Positions 32,727 to 45,100 of a stretch of 64,000 nt of DNA are shown one piece after another. Each line of letters begins with the position of its first letter. The first letter of the stretch is position 1. The notes beneath the pieces were generated by a model that saw nothing but the letters and a program-made list of their open reading frames with translations, did not search any database and was not told the DNA's origin. The DNA is taken from positions 35,960,001-36,024,000 of the forward strand of contig NC_091290.1 in NCBI RefSeq assembly GCF_032444005.1, in the 5' to 3' direction. This stretch comes from Ranitomeya imitator. Its lineage: Eukaryota. The position numbers were made by a program, and so were the translations under genes.

Positions 32727-34378
32727 CAGTTAGGGCCAGAAATATTTGGACAATGACACAATTTTCGCGAGTTGGGCTCTGCATGCCACCACATTGGATT
32801 TGAAATGAAACCTCTACAACAGAATTCAAGTGCAGATTGTAACGTTTAATTTGAAGGGTTGAACAAAAATATCTGATAGAAAATGTAGGAATTGTACACA
32901 TTTCTTTACAAACACTCCACATTTTAGGAGGTCAAAAGTAATTGGGCAAATAAACATAACCCAAACAAAATATTTTTATTTTCAATATTTTGTTGCAAAT
33001 CCTTTGGAGGCAATCACTGCCTTAAGTCTGGAACCCATGGACATCACCAAACGCTGGGTTTCCTCCTTCTTAATGCTTTGCCAGGCCTTTACAGCCGCAG
33101 CCTTCAGGTCTTGCTTGTTTGTGGGTCTTTCCGTCTTAAGTCTGGATTTGAGCAAGTGAAATGCATGCTCAATTGGGTTTAGATCTGGAGATTGACTTGG
33201 CCATTGCAGAATGTTCCACTTTTTGGCACTCATGAACTCCTGGGTAGCTTTGGATGTATGCTTGGGGTCATTGTCCATCTGTACTATGAAGCGCCGTCCA
33301 ATCAACTTTGCAGCATTTGGCTGAATCTGGGCTGAAAGTATATCCCGGTACACTTCAGAATTCATCCGGCTACTCTTGTCTGCTCTTATGTCATCAATAA
33401 ACACAAGTGACCCAGTGCCATTGAAAGCCATGCATGCCCATGCCATCACGTTGCCTCCACCATGTTTTACAGAGGATGTGGTGTGCCTTGGATCATGTGC
33501 CGTTCCCTTTCTTCTCCAAACTTTTTTCTTCCCATCATTCTGGTACAGGTTGATCTTTGTCTCATCTGTCCATAGAATACTTTTCCAGAACTGAGCTGGC
33601 TTCTTGAGGTGTTTTTCTGCAAATGTAACTCTGGCCTGTCTATTTTTGGTATTGATGAATGGTTTGCATCTAGCTGTGAACCCTTTGTATTTACTGTCAT
33701 GGAGTCTTCTCTTTACTGTTGACTTAGAGACAGATACACCTACTTCACTGAGAGTGTTCTGGACTTCAGTTGATGTTGTGAACGGGTTCTTCTTCACCAA
33801 ATTAAGTATGCGGCGATCATCCACCACTGTTGTCATCCGTGGACGCCCAGGCCTTTTTGAGTTCCCAAGCTCACCAGTCAATTCCTTTTTTCTCAGAATG
33901 TACCCAACTGTTGATTTTGCTACTCCAAGCATGTCTGCTATCTCTCTGATGGATTTTTTCTTTTTTTTCAGCCTCAGGATGTTCTGCTTCACCTCAATTG
34001 AGAGTTCCTTTGACCGCATGTTGTCTGCTCACAGCAACAGCTTCCAAATGCAAAACCACACACCTGGAATCCACCCCTGACCTTTTAACTACTTCATTGA
34101 TTACAGGTTAACGAGGGAGACGCCTTCAGAGTTAATTGCAGCCCTTAGAGTCCATTGTCCAATTACTTTTGGTCCCTTGAAAAAGAGGACGCTATGCATT
34201 ACAGAGCTATGATTCCTAAACCCTTTCTCCGATTTGGATGTGGAAACTATCATATTGCAGCTGGGAGTGTGCACTTTCAGCCCATATTATATATATAATT
34301 GTATTTCTGAACATGTTTTTGTAAACAGCTAAAATAACAAAACTTGTGTCACTGTCCAAATATTTCTGGCCCTAACTG
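32727..34378 (-). mobile_element. Full-length Tc1 (DD34E) transposon, 1652 bp, TA target duplication
   Basis: TA-CAGTTAGGGCCAGAAATATTTGGACA[A/G]TGACAC TIRs with one mismatch in 33 bp; open transposase ORF. Confidence 0.97.
32982..34019 (-). CDS. Tc1 transposase, 345 aa, uninterrupted
   Basis: Paired-like HTH N-terminus; WTDETK, QMDNDPKH, then 34 residues to E in SPDLNPIE. Confidence 0.95.
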   Translation of the reverse strand: MRSKELSIEVKQNILRLKKKKKSIREIADMLGVAKSTVGYILRKKELTGELGNSKRPGRPRMTTVVDDRRILNLVKKNPFTTSTEVQNTLSEVGVSVSKSTVKRRLHDSKYKGFTARCKPFINTKNRQARVTFAEKHLKKPAQFWKSILWTDETKINLYQNDGKKKVWRRKGTAHDPRHTTSSVKHGGGNVMAWACMAFNGTGSLVFIDDIRADKSSRMNSEVYRDILSAQIQPNAAKLIGRRFIVQMDNDPKHTSKATQEFMSAKKWNILQWPSQSPDLNPIEHAFHLLKSRLKTERPTNKQDLKAAAVKAWQSIKKEETQRLVMSMGSRLKAVIASKGFATKY

Positions 34379-34607
34379 TATATGTCCCAGCCCAGCATCT
34401 CCAGAGATGTTCATACCCCAGCCCAGCGTCTCCAGAGATGTATATACCCCAGCCCAGCATCTCCAGAGATGTATATACCCCAGCCCAGCATCTCGAGATG
34501 TATATGCCCCAGCCCAGCGTCTCCAGAGATGTATATGCCCCAGCCCAGCGTCTCCAGAGATGTATATGCCCCAGCCCAGCGTCTCCAGAGATGTATATAC
34601 CCCAGCC

Positions 34608-37508
34608 CAGGGGCGGATTATCAGAGGGTCAATATGGGCGGTAGCCCAGGGCCCAGTGGTCTGGGGGGGCCCTGGGCTATCGCACAGATTGCCCCTCTGA
34701 TAATCATCTGTGAATGCCTGCGGCAATGCTGGAGGACGCTGGGGAAGATTGCTGGAGGACACTGGGGCAGATTGCTGGAGGACACTGGGGCAGATTGCTG
34801 GAGGACACTGGGGCAATGCTGGAGGACACTGGGGCAGATTGCTGGAGGACACTGGGGCAGATTGCTGGAGGACACTGGGGCAATGCTGGAGGACACTGGG
34901 GCAATGCTGGAGGACACTGGGGCAGATTGCTGGAGGACACTGGGGCAATGCTGGAGGACACTGGGGCAATGCTGGAGGACACTGGGGCAATGCTGGAGGA
35001 CACTGGGGCAGATTGCTGGAGATACTGGGGCAGATTGCTGGAGGACACTGGGGCAGATTGCTGGAGGACACTGGGGCAATGCTGGAGGACACTGGGGCAA
35101 TGCTGGAGGACACTGGGGCAATGCTGGAGGACACTGGGGCAATGCTGGAGGACACTGGGGCAGATTGCTGGAGGACACTGGGGCAATGCTGGAGGACACT
35201 GGGGCAGATTGCTGGAGGACGCTGGGGCAGATTGCTGGAGGACACTGGGGCAGATTGCTGGAGGACACTGGGGCAGATTGCTGGAGGACACTGGGGCAGA
35301 TTGCTGGAGGACACTGGGGCAATGCTGGAGGACACTGGGGCAATGCTGGAGGACACTGGGGCAATGCTGGAGGACACTGGGGCAGATTGCTGGAGATACT
35401 GGGGCAGATTGCTGGAGGACACTGGGGCAGATTGCTGGAGGACACTGGGGCAATGCTGGAGGACACTGGGGCAATGCTGGAGGACGCTGGGGCAGATTGC
35501 TGGAGGACACTGGGGCAGATTGCTGGAGGACACTGGGGCAGATTGCTGGAGGACACTGGGGCAGATTGCTGGGACACTGGGGCAATGCTGGAGGACACTG
35601 GGGCAATGCTGGAGGACACTGGGGCAATGCTGGAGGACACTGGGGCAGATTGCTGGAGATACTGGGGCAGATTGCTGGAGGACACTGGGGCAGATTGCTG
35701 GAGGACACTGGGGCAATGCTGGAGGACACTGGGGCAGATTGCTGGAGACACTGGGGCAGATTACTGGAGACACTGGGGCAATATGCTGGACATACTGGGG
35801 CAGATTGCTGGAGGACACTGGGGCAGATTGCTGGAGGACACTGGGGCAATGCTGGAGGACACTGGGGCAATGCTGGAGGACGCTGGGGCAGATTGCTGGA
35901 GGACACTGGGGCAGATTGCTGGAGGACACTGGGGCAGATTGCTGGAGGACACTGGGGCAGATTGCTGGAGGACACTGGGGCAATGCTGGAGGACACTGGG
36001 GCAATGCTGGAGGACACTGGGGCAATGCTGGAGGACACTGGGGCAGATTGCTGGAGATACTGGGGCAGATTGCTGGAGGACACTGGGGCAGATTGCTGGA
36101 GGACACTGGGGCAATGCTGGAGGACACTGGGGCAGATTGCTGGAGACACTGGGGCAGATTACTGGAGACACTGGGGCAATATGCTGGACATACTGGGGCA
36201 GATTGCTGGAGACACTGGGGCAGATTGCTGGACACTGGGGCAATATGCTGGACACACTGGGGCAGATTGCTGGACACACTGTCTGGGGGCAATGCTGGAC
36301 ACACTGGGGGCAATATGCTGGAGACACTGGGGCAGATTGCTGGACACTGGGGCAATATGCTGGACATACTGGGGCAGATTGCTGGACACACTGGGGGCAG
36401 GACTGGAGGCATGGGCAGAATGTAGACACGGGGCATGATTGGAGACACGGGGCAGAATGAAAGACATGGGGCAGGATTGGATCATGGGGCAGGATGGATA
36501 CGATGGAGACAGATGGGGCAGGATGTGGAGATCATATGGGGTAGAATGGATACTCATGAGGGCAGGATGCGAGAACATATGGCTGGAGCCAGGAATGAGA
36601 CACACGGGGCCAGGATGTGGAATATTATTACCATAGGGGCTAATTAAGGGATATTGTTACTGCAGTGATGTATTTATTTTATTTTTTGAGTATACTGTTT
36701 TAAATGGGGGTCGGTCCTGTTACTGTGCAGAGTGACACTATATCGCCTTTTTTTCCTTCATGTGGTGTAATGTAGAAGTTGTGAAAAATTAAGTAATGTG
36801 TTCTGCAAACGGAGCTCGAGATAACGGTGTTATTTCCTGCAGAAACGAGTCCTGGCTGGAAGAAATGATGGCGGTCTGTGCTGGATAAAAGATGAAGGAC
36901 TTCACCTAGAGACGTCACTGGTGAGTCAGTGTTACCTATACACTGACACTATACACTGTATACTATATACAGAGCTCCTGTGTACAATGTCACCAGTGAT
37001 CACTGTATTACCTCTACACAGACACTGCATACTAAGTACAGATCTCCTGTGAATACTGGCACTTATGGTGATAGTATTGTGTTGTTGTTTTTTACTGATC
37101 AGTATTGTAGTATTCAGTCACTATGTGGTGGTAATATGTGGTCTGGAAATGGTGTTGTGGTATTTGTCCCTTGATATTTGGTCACCAAGTGGTGGTAATA
37201 TGTGGTCTTGACATGGTGCGGTGGTATTTGTTCCTTGTATGTGATATTATTCGATCACTGTGGTTGTAATTTGTGGTCTGGTCACGGTGCGGTTGTATTT
37301 GTTCCTTGTATGTGATATTATTGGTCAAGATATACCTAAATTGTATTGCAGATTTTAACAAATATTTAATAGGTTACAGTAGAGTAGGGCCCGGCCATTT
37401 TTCTGGAATAATCTAGTTCGGGTATATCATAACCCCCGTCACATGACCCGGGGGGGGGCCACAGTGTCTGAACACCCCGGGGCCCTGGCTACTCTTAATC
37501 CACCCCTG
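34608..37508. mobile_element. Non-autonomous hAT element with an internal 20-22-bp minisatellite (34724-36410, GCTGGAGGACACTGGGGCA[GATT/AT])
   Basis: CAGGGGCGGATTA ... TAATCCACCCCTG TIRs and an 8-bp TSD CCCCAGCC (34600-34607 / 37509-37516). Confidence 0.88.
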
Positions 37509-40500
37509 CCCCAGCCCAGCGTCTCCAGAGATGTATATTTTCCAGCCGTGTCTCCAGATATGTTTATGCCCCAGCCCAGCGTCTCCAGAGATGCATATGC
37601 CCCAGCCCAGCGTCTCCAGAGATGCATATGCCCCAGCCCAGCGTCTCCAGATATGTTTATGCCCCAGCCCAGCGTCTCCAGAGATGCATATGCCCCAGCC
37701 CAGCGTCTCCAGAGATGTATATTTTCCAGCCGTGTCTCCAGATATGTTTATGCCCCAGCCCAGTGTCTCCAGTGACATTGTGACAAGTGAAGATAACAAT
37801 TTCTGGATGAAACTGAACAATTTTTTTATTGGTTTGTGTGAACCTACTCTTACGGCAGTGGCCAACACGAGTGTTAGTTCTGTGCCAGAACAATATGAGG
37901 CGTTTGCAGCCCAATAGCTCATCAAAATACACAATTTCCACACGTTTTAGAGGTTACTGTGTCTTTTTTATCAGCACCACAGATAAAAATCACATCTATG
38001 GGTCCGTGAAAATCAGGGACAGAGCACGGATGGCATCAGTGCTACTCTGTCATTTATTTATCTATTGTGACAATCACCGATTGTAAATATTGACATTGAT
38101 CACACTAGGATCCAAAACAGAGATCACACTCATTCTTTTTTTTGCATATGTGGAAAACCACTGGGGCCTGAAACTGCACGATTAAATGCAGGGACTACGT
38201 ACAGCTGTGGTGCAGGTTTTTTTTTTTTTTTTTTTGGGGGGGGGGGGGGCGCGCGATCGGGATACAACCGCAGCATAAGTCGGCTCTATTAATGGGCAAT
38301 CGCCAAGATTGATTCTGCTAACAAGAACACTGCCTATTCAAATCAACGGCTCGGTGACAATAATAGACAGCACAAGGATCCCATCTGTGTGCTATCAGAG
38401 TTTTCTTACTATTTAATGTGAAGATTTTTTTTTCTTTGGTATATGAGAAAAATTGATAATAGGACAAGGGATAAAAAAAAATGTTCAGCTCACTGACGAA
38501 ATATGGTCAATTTTGTCTGATATGCATGAAAAGTCCTTCATGAAACGGGTTATTGAAGTCCTTGCGTAACTTGGCCTCCATTCATCTTATGATAAGATTA
38601 TTAAAAAGGCTCCGGAGAACAGGGAATGAATAGTTTCAGGGAAGAGAATCATCTACAGAGTTGAGAGTCCTAGGACTGGTAGTTTTTCAGAGAATGCTGG
38701 AAAACATAGTCCTAAGAAGTGGAAGACTGTTGTTTGCTATGAACATGGGGTTAGGCGGCAGACAACGTGCTTGAATCTACAGGAAGGGCTCTTTTACCTA
38801 GGATTCTGATGGCTATTTTTTTTTTTTTTTTTTTTGGGGGGTGGGGGGTTAAAGATATGCTTTTCTTGAATTAAAAAAAAAAATAGTAAAAATGTATCAG
38901 TACAAGGTTAACGTAGAAGCGCGAAACGGCCGTCGTCCTTCTCCATTGTTTCTCCCTGCCATGTCCTGCTATTTTACGGTGAAGCCATAAATCAATAAAG
39001 AACGGACCTTTTGTACGGACGGTGAGAGCTCTTCTTTTCCTTCATGCTTTTTACCATTTCAGTACAAGATTACTGTGTCATTGATCTATGAATGTAGTCC
39101 ATAGTCAGGAAGGATTCACGCCGCCCCCTCCAACCCTCACGAATAGAACGACCACAGGAAAGTTCCTCATGGAGGTTGCTCTGCTTTCTTCTGGATCAAC
39201 AGTACGAATCATAGGTGAAACTAAAACTGTTTTTTTTCCCCCCAGTTTTAAAGATAAACTAATCCAATATAAATAAATGTTTTAGTTGCTTACAGTCACC
39301 ACAAGGGGGAGCTTGGACATTATTGAGCTCAATTTCCAAATTGTATACTCCCTCTAGTGGCAACAACGGGCAACTAAAATTATATCCTATGCAAAGGATC
39401 AGAAGCTTTTTCTATGTTTTTTGGTGGTTTCCTGAGCACTTAATAATAATAATCTTTATTTTTATATAGCGCTAACATATTCCGCAGCGCTTTACAGGTT
39501 GCACTTTTTGACCAGCAGAAGTTTTATTAGTGTATTTTGTACTTGCATTTTCTGCATGTTTTTCTCTTTTAACTTCATTCAACAATGAAAATACCGCACT
39601 TGAGCTTCTTTGTTTCCTTCCCATTGTTGTAAAGTATATGTTGTTAGGTCATTCCTCCATCTCCTCTGACAGTTTTTATCCCCTTAATATATTGCACTCA
39701 TCATATTCTATAGCACTGTGTACTTACAATTGCTCATTTTCTCTTTCTACTCAGCTAATTCTTCTCTTTTCCATTAGGTCTGTGACATCACGTGATTAAA
39801 AAGTGACAAGATGAATCCTTCTAAGCTCTATGTAGAAACAGGAGGTCAATTTTCACTGTGTGAGTAATGAGTAGAGTTCAGTGAATTTTTAAATATTCAG
39901 TTCGGATTACAATCGCCGGCGAATATTGTATTTGCAATATTTGCTGAATGCCATTGGAGTCAATGGGAGTAGAAACGAGCGAGTACGGTATGTTCGGAAA
40001 CGATTTTCAAACATAAAATTCAGCACGGATAGGGTACCAATATGGCAAATTTGGATTCATCGACGGATTCCGAGTCACTGCAAAGACGCTGGTAGCAAGA
40101 GGAGGGAGCAGCTGGGTCAGAAGTTGAAGAGGGGAATGAAATTCAGGGGAGAGAGATTTCCTGCTTCTCCATAAAGAAAAGAGAAGAATTAACTGGGCAG
40201 AAAGGAAAAATGAGCAATTGTAAAGCACACAGTGCTATATGATAATAGGATGACTGCAATATAGTAACAAGATACAAACTGATCAGAGGAGGAGGAGTGC
40301 TTCTTCAAAAGATACTAAAAAGCCTGAACATATATGAACAGCAAGTGGATTTTACATAGCAATGCATACATTTAATCATTTGGGCATTTTGTTAGGAAAA
40401 AAAAAATACTGTCATTTTGAGGCAGACCCACTCCAAACCCATCTGTGTGCACAAACCCTGAAATATCTCACTGGTTAAAATTACCACAACTTAAAAGGAA

Positions 40501-41289
40501 AAAAAACATGTATTTTTTTTCCCCTTGTTTTGTGAATGTAAAAATTTATAAAAGTGGTTTAGTTTAATGATTAGTCCATTAAACATTACAATGACGTCGG
40601 ATACCGGATCATGAACAACACAAGGAATATTTCACTGTCCAAATTAATCACCATGAAGTTATTATCCACAATTGGCGTTACTGGCAAATTATATCAGGTC
40701 TCAGCAGAATACAAAAAAACAAACAAACAAACAATACTGGATCAATGATTCCCGCACCTGCCCCTTCAACTTTATGGAAACAGCCAAGGTAGATGGGGTA
40801 GATTGGAGGTAATCCGGCACTCTCCCCACCCCATTCTCCCACTCCTGTTGGATTTCCAAGTGGCTGATTTACTTGCTATATGTTAGTTCAAGCGCTCGAT
40901 GCTTTCTGGCAATTATTGCACTTTATAACATTTCTGAAAAACCTACAATTATTTTATTTTTTTTATGCACACAAAACACCACATTGCAGTGAAGGTACGG
41001 AGTGCATCCACAGGAACACTATCTGCAGAATATGAACACCTTATAATGTTTGATTTTTAGTTTTTATTAGACTTCTAGAATCGATGCTTTACAAAAAATT
41101 AATAAAGAAAAAAACACCGTCATCTAATTTCTTTTCTTTAATAAAAATAAGATTATTTTAAGACAGCCCTCCAATATCTAAATCAGATACAGCATCAATC
41201 CCGGCTGCATTATCACAAAGTGTTAAAAGCAGCCAAAATACACAAAAACAATATACAGAACGTAAAACGACTTGGTGCAGGCGAAGGCT

Positions 41290-41303
41290 TCAGCTGACCA
41301 GAC
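41290..41303 (-). CDS. POLR2G: POLR2G exon 8 (GLVS-stop). Model: complement(join(41290..41303,41555..41588,41784..41855,48691..48756,50867..50917,51200..51359,51996..52105,53544..53555)) = 519 nt, 172 aa
   Basis: ctacag acceptor; completes the RPB7 C-terminus DDYLGLVS. Confidence 0.9.
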
Positions 41304-41554
41304 CTGTAGGAGACAAAAGAAAAAAAAAAGTCAAAGACACATCGTAAATGGATTGTAAATGCAACAACAGTGGGAGACAAACCACCACTAAAGCCACAGG
41401 CATGCTCGCTCTCAAAGTAGGAGGTGAGGACGGAAATGGAATCTGATTGTTCGGAGTTTAAAATGATGCATTCTAAATAAACGAGAAACTTAATACAAGA
41501 ACCAAATCTTATTGTTTCGGTAAGTCGAAATCTCGTTAGTGACGTAACACTTAC

Positions 41555-41588
41555 CCAAATAATCATCCATCAGAGAGCCGATCGCAAA
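41555..41588 (-). CDS. POLR2G: POLR2G exon 7 ([11 protein letters not shown])
   Basis: GT-AG flanks, 34 nt, matches RPB7. Confidence 0.95.
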
Positions 41589-41783
41589 CTGTAAAGAAAG
41601 AAGAGCGTTAGACTCCAGTCTGAATGCGATATGTGCGACCATGTATATGGTAATGCAGCTTGGCCTGGGGACTCGTGGAGAGCAACCCAATTCTGCTCCA
41701 TAAAGAGAACGTTTCATTTCTCCATTCTTAGTTTCCACTCCCATATTAGCTGTCATCTGGATAAAATCTAAAATCGCACTTAC

Positions 41784-41855
41784 TATGTCATTCTTATCCA
41801 CTCTGGTTCCAACAATTTTAAGTCGAATTTCATCATCCTGCTGAATAACTACATC
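41784..41855 (-). CDS. POLR2G: POLR2G exon 6 ([24 protein letters not shown])
   Basis: GT-AG flanks, 72 nt. Confidence 0.97.
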
Positions 41856-41913
41856 CTAAAAAAAAGTACATAAAAAAAAAAAAAGTCAAAATAATTAGTA
41901 CTACCTTATTTAA

Positions 41914-42134
41914 CCTTCGTCCGGCTGAGTAGGTACAATTGTAACTATTCCGTTTTAAAATTGCAATAACTTTTTTTTTCTTTTATTCGAAAAGCCGTAG
42001 AGGGCTGAAATTTTGTGACATCTCTACAGTTTTGGTCCAGAATATATTGGCCAAATTTCAATAAAATATATATGAAGGTACAATTGTACCTCTGCAGCCT
42101 GTTAACGTTGTAAAATTATGCAGCCTGACGAAGG
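41914..42134. mobile_element. piggyBac-type MITE (221 bp)
   Basis: TTAA-CCTTCGTC ... GACGAAGG-TTAA. Confidence 0.75.
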
Positions 42135-42162
42135 TTAAATAACTTCAATTTATTACTCCCAC

Positions 42163-45100
42163 TGTTGTGAATTCTGTGGCTGAATTCACTCCTGTGGTCA
42201 CAAGTGGTACTGCAGCTTCTGAGCTTCCTCCCTCAGGTGTTCTGGTGAGCTCGTTAACTGCTTCATTACTTAACTCCGCCTGATGCTGCTATCCTTGCTC
42301 CTTGACAATGTTTCAGTGTTGGATCTGAGCTTCTCCTGATTGTTCCTGTGACCTGCTGCTCTGTATAGCTAAGTGCTTTTTGCTTTTTGTTGCTTTTTTT
42401 CTGTCCAGCTTGTCTTTTGTTTTGCTGGAAGCTCTGAGACGCAAAGGGTGTACCGCCGTGCCGTTAGTTCGGCACGGTGGGGTTTTTTTGCCCCCTTTGC
42501 GTGGTTTTGCTTTAGGGTTTTTTGTAGACTGCAAAGTTCGCTTTACTGTCCTCGCTCTGTCCTAGAATATCGGGCCCCACTTTGCTGAATCTATTTCATC
42601 CCTATGTTTTGTCTTTTCATCTTACTCACAGTCATTATATGTGGGGGGCTGCCTTTTCCTTTGGGGAATTTCTCTGGGGCAAGTCAGGCCTATTTTTCTA
42701 TCTTCAGGCTAGCTAGTTTCTTAGGCTGTGCCGAGTTGCCTAGGTAGTTGTTAGGCGCAATCCACAGCCGCTTTTAGTTGTGTTTAGGATAGGATCAGGT
42801 GTGCAGTCTACAGAGTTTCCACGTCTCAGAGCTCGTTCTTGTATTTTTGGGTATTTGTCAGATCACTGTGTGCGCTCTGATCGCTAAGCACACTGTGTTT
42901 CTGGATTGCCTTCATAACACCTGTCATTAGCAAACATAACAGTACAAGGAGCCCAAACTAATGATTCTCAATAGAGGGAAAGAAAAAGTTCTGACATCAT
43001 TTTTTTTTTTTTCTGCTCTGTGTTCACTTTTTTTTTTTTTTCCCCTAGACATTTGGGTGATTCTGGACACAGGTGTGGACATGGATATTCAGGGTCTGTG
43101 CTCTTCAATGGATAATCTCGTTATAAATGTACAAAAAATTCAAGATACTATTGATCAGAAATCTATGTTAGAACAAAGAATTCCTATTCCTGATTTGTTT
43201 TTTGGAGATAGAACTAAGTTTCTAAGTTTCAAAAATAATTGTAAGCTATTTCTGGCCTTGAAACCTCATTCTTCTGGTAATCCTATTCAACAGGTTTTGA
43301 TTATTATTTCTTTTTTGCGCGGCGACCCTCAAGACTGGGCATTTTCTCTTGCGCCAGGAGACCCTGCATTGAGTAGTGTCGATGCGTTTTTCCTGGCGCT
43401 CGGATTGCTGTACGATGAGCCTAATTCAGTGGATCAGGCTGAGAAAAATTTGCTGGCTTTGTGCCAGGGTCAGGATGATATAGAAGTATATTGTCAGAAA
43501 TTTAGGAAATGGTCAGTACTCACTCAGTGGAATGAATCTGCGCTGGCAGCTTTGTTCAGAAAGGGTCTCTCTGAGGCTCTTAAGGATGTCATGGTGGGAT
43601 TTCCTATGCCTGCTGGTTTGAATGAGTCTTTGTCTTTGGCCATTCAGATCGGTCGACGCTTGCGCGAGCGTAAATCTGTGCACCATTTGGCGGTACTGCC
43701 TGAGGTTAAACCTGAGCCTATGCAGTGCGATAGGACTATGACTAGAGTTGAACGGCAGGAATACAGACGTCTGAATGGTCTGTGTTTCTACTGTGGTGAT
43801 TCCACTCATGCTATTTCTGATTGTCCTAAGCGCACTAAGCGGTCCGCTAGGTCTGCCGTCATTGGTACTGTACAGTCCAAATTCCTTCTGTCCATTACCT
43901 TGATATGCTCTTTGTCGTCGTTTTCTGTCATGGCGTTTGTGGATTCGGGCGCTGCCCTGAATCTGATGGATTTGGATTATGCTAAACGTTGTGGGTTTTT
44001 CTTGGAGCCTTTGCGGTGTCCTATTCCATTGAGAGGAATTGATGCTACACCTTTGGCCAAGAATAAACCTCAATACTGGGCCCAGCTGACCATGTGCATG
44101 GCTCCTGCACATCAGGAAGTTATTCGCTTTCTGGTGTTGCATAATCTGCATGATGTGGTCGTGTTGGGGTTGCCATGGCTACAAACCCATAATCCAGTAT
44201 TGGATTGGAATTCCATGTCGGTATCCAGCTGGGGTTGTCAGGGGGTACATGGTGATGTTCCATTTTTGTCGATTTCGTCATCCACCCCTTCTGAGGTCCC
44301 AGAGTTCTTGTCTGATTATCAGGATGTATTTGAAGAGCCCAAGTCCGATGCTCTACCTCCGCATAGGGATTGTGATTGTGCTATCAATTTGATTCCTGGT
44401 AGTAAATTCCCTAAAGGTCGATTATTTAATTTATCCGTGCCCGAACACGCCGCTATGCGCAGTTATGTGAAGGAATCCTCCCTGGAGAAGGGACATATTC
44501 GCCCATCGTCATCACCACTGGGAGCAGGGTTCTTCTTTGTAGCCAAGAAGGATGGTTCGCTGAGACCGTGTATTGATTACCGCCTTCTTAATAAGATCAC
44601 TGTTAAATTTCAGTATCCCTTGCCATTGTTATCTGACTTGTTTGCTCGGATTAAGGGGGCTAGTTGGTTCACTAAGATTGATCTTCGTGGTGCGTATAAT
44701 CTGGTGAGAATCAGGCAAGGAGATGAATGGAAAACTGCATTCAATACGCCCGAGGGTCATTTTGAGTATCTAGTGATGCCGTTCGGACTTGCCAATGCTC
44801 CATCTGTGTTTCAGTCTTTTATGCATGACATCTTCCGTGAGTATCTGGATAAATTCCTGATTGTGTACTTGGATGACATTTTGATCTTCTCAGATGATTG
44901 GGAGTCTCATGTGAAGCAGGTCAGAATGGTTTTTCAGGTCCTGCGTGCTAACTCTTTGTTTGTGAAGGGATCAAAGTGTCTCTTCGGTGTGCAGAAAGTT
45001 TCATTTTTGGGGTTCATCTTTACCCCTTCTACTATCGAGATGGATCCAGTTAAGGTCCAAGCCATCCAGGATTGGATTCAGCCGACATCTCTGAAAAGTC

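Larger units (their letters stand above)
31278..37772. repeat. 29-31-bp minisatellite (ATGTATATGCCCCAGCCCAGCGTCTCCAGAG) in three pieces (31278-32726, 34379-34607, 37509-37772), split by Tc1 and hAT insertions
   Basis: The array phase continues across both insertions. Confidence 0.95.

Noticed and set aside
28596-32803. Cys/His-rich (keratin-associated or metallothionein-like) and Pro-rich long ORFs
   Set aside because: Minisatellite translations in multiple frames and strands.
34349-36460. About 700-aa ORFs on both strands
   Set aside because: Minisatellite inside a hAT element; all frames are open.
39090-39230. Short unique-looking minus-strand ORF (MIRTVDPEESRATS...)
   Set aside because: No recognisable homology or convincing splice sites.
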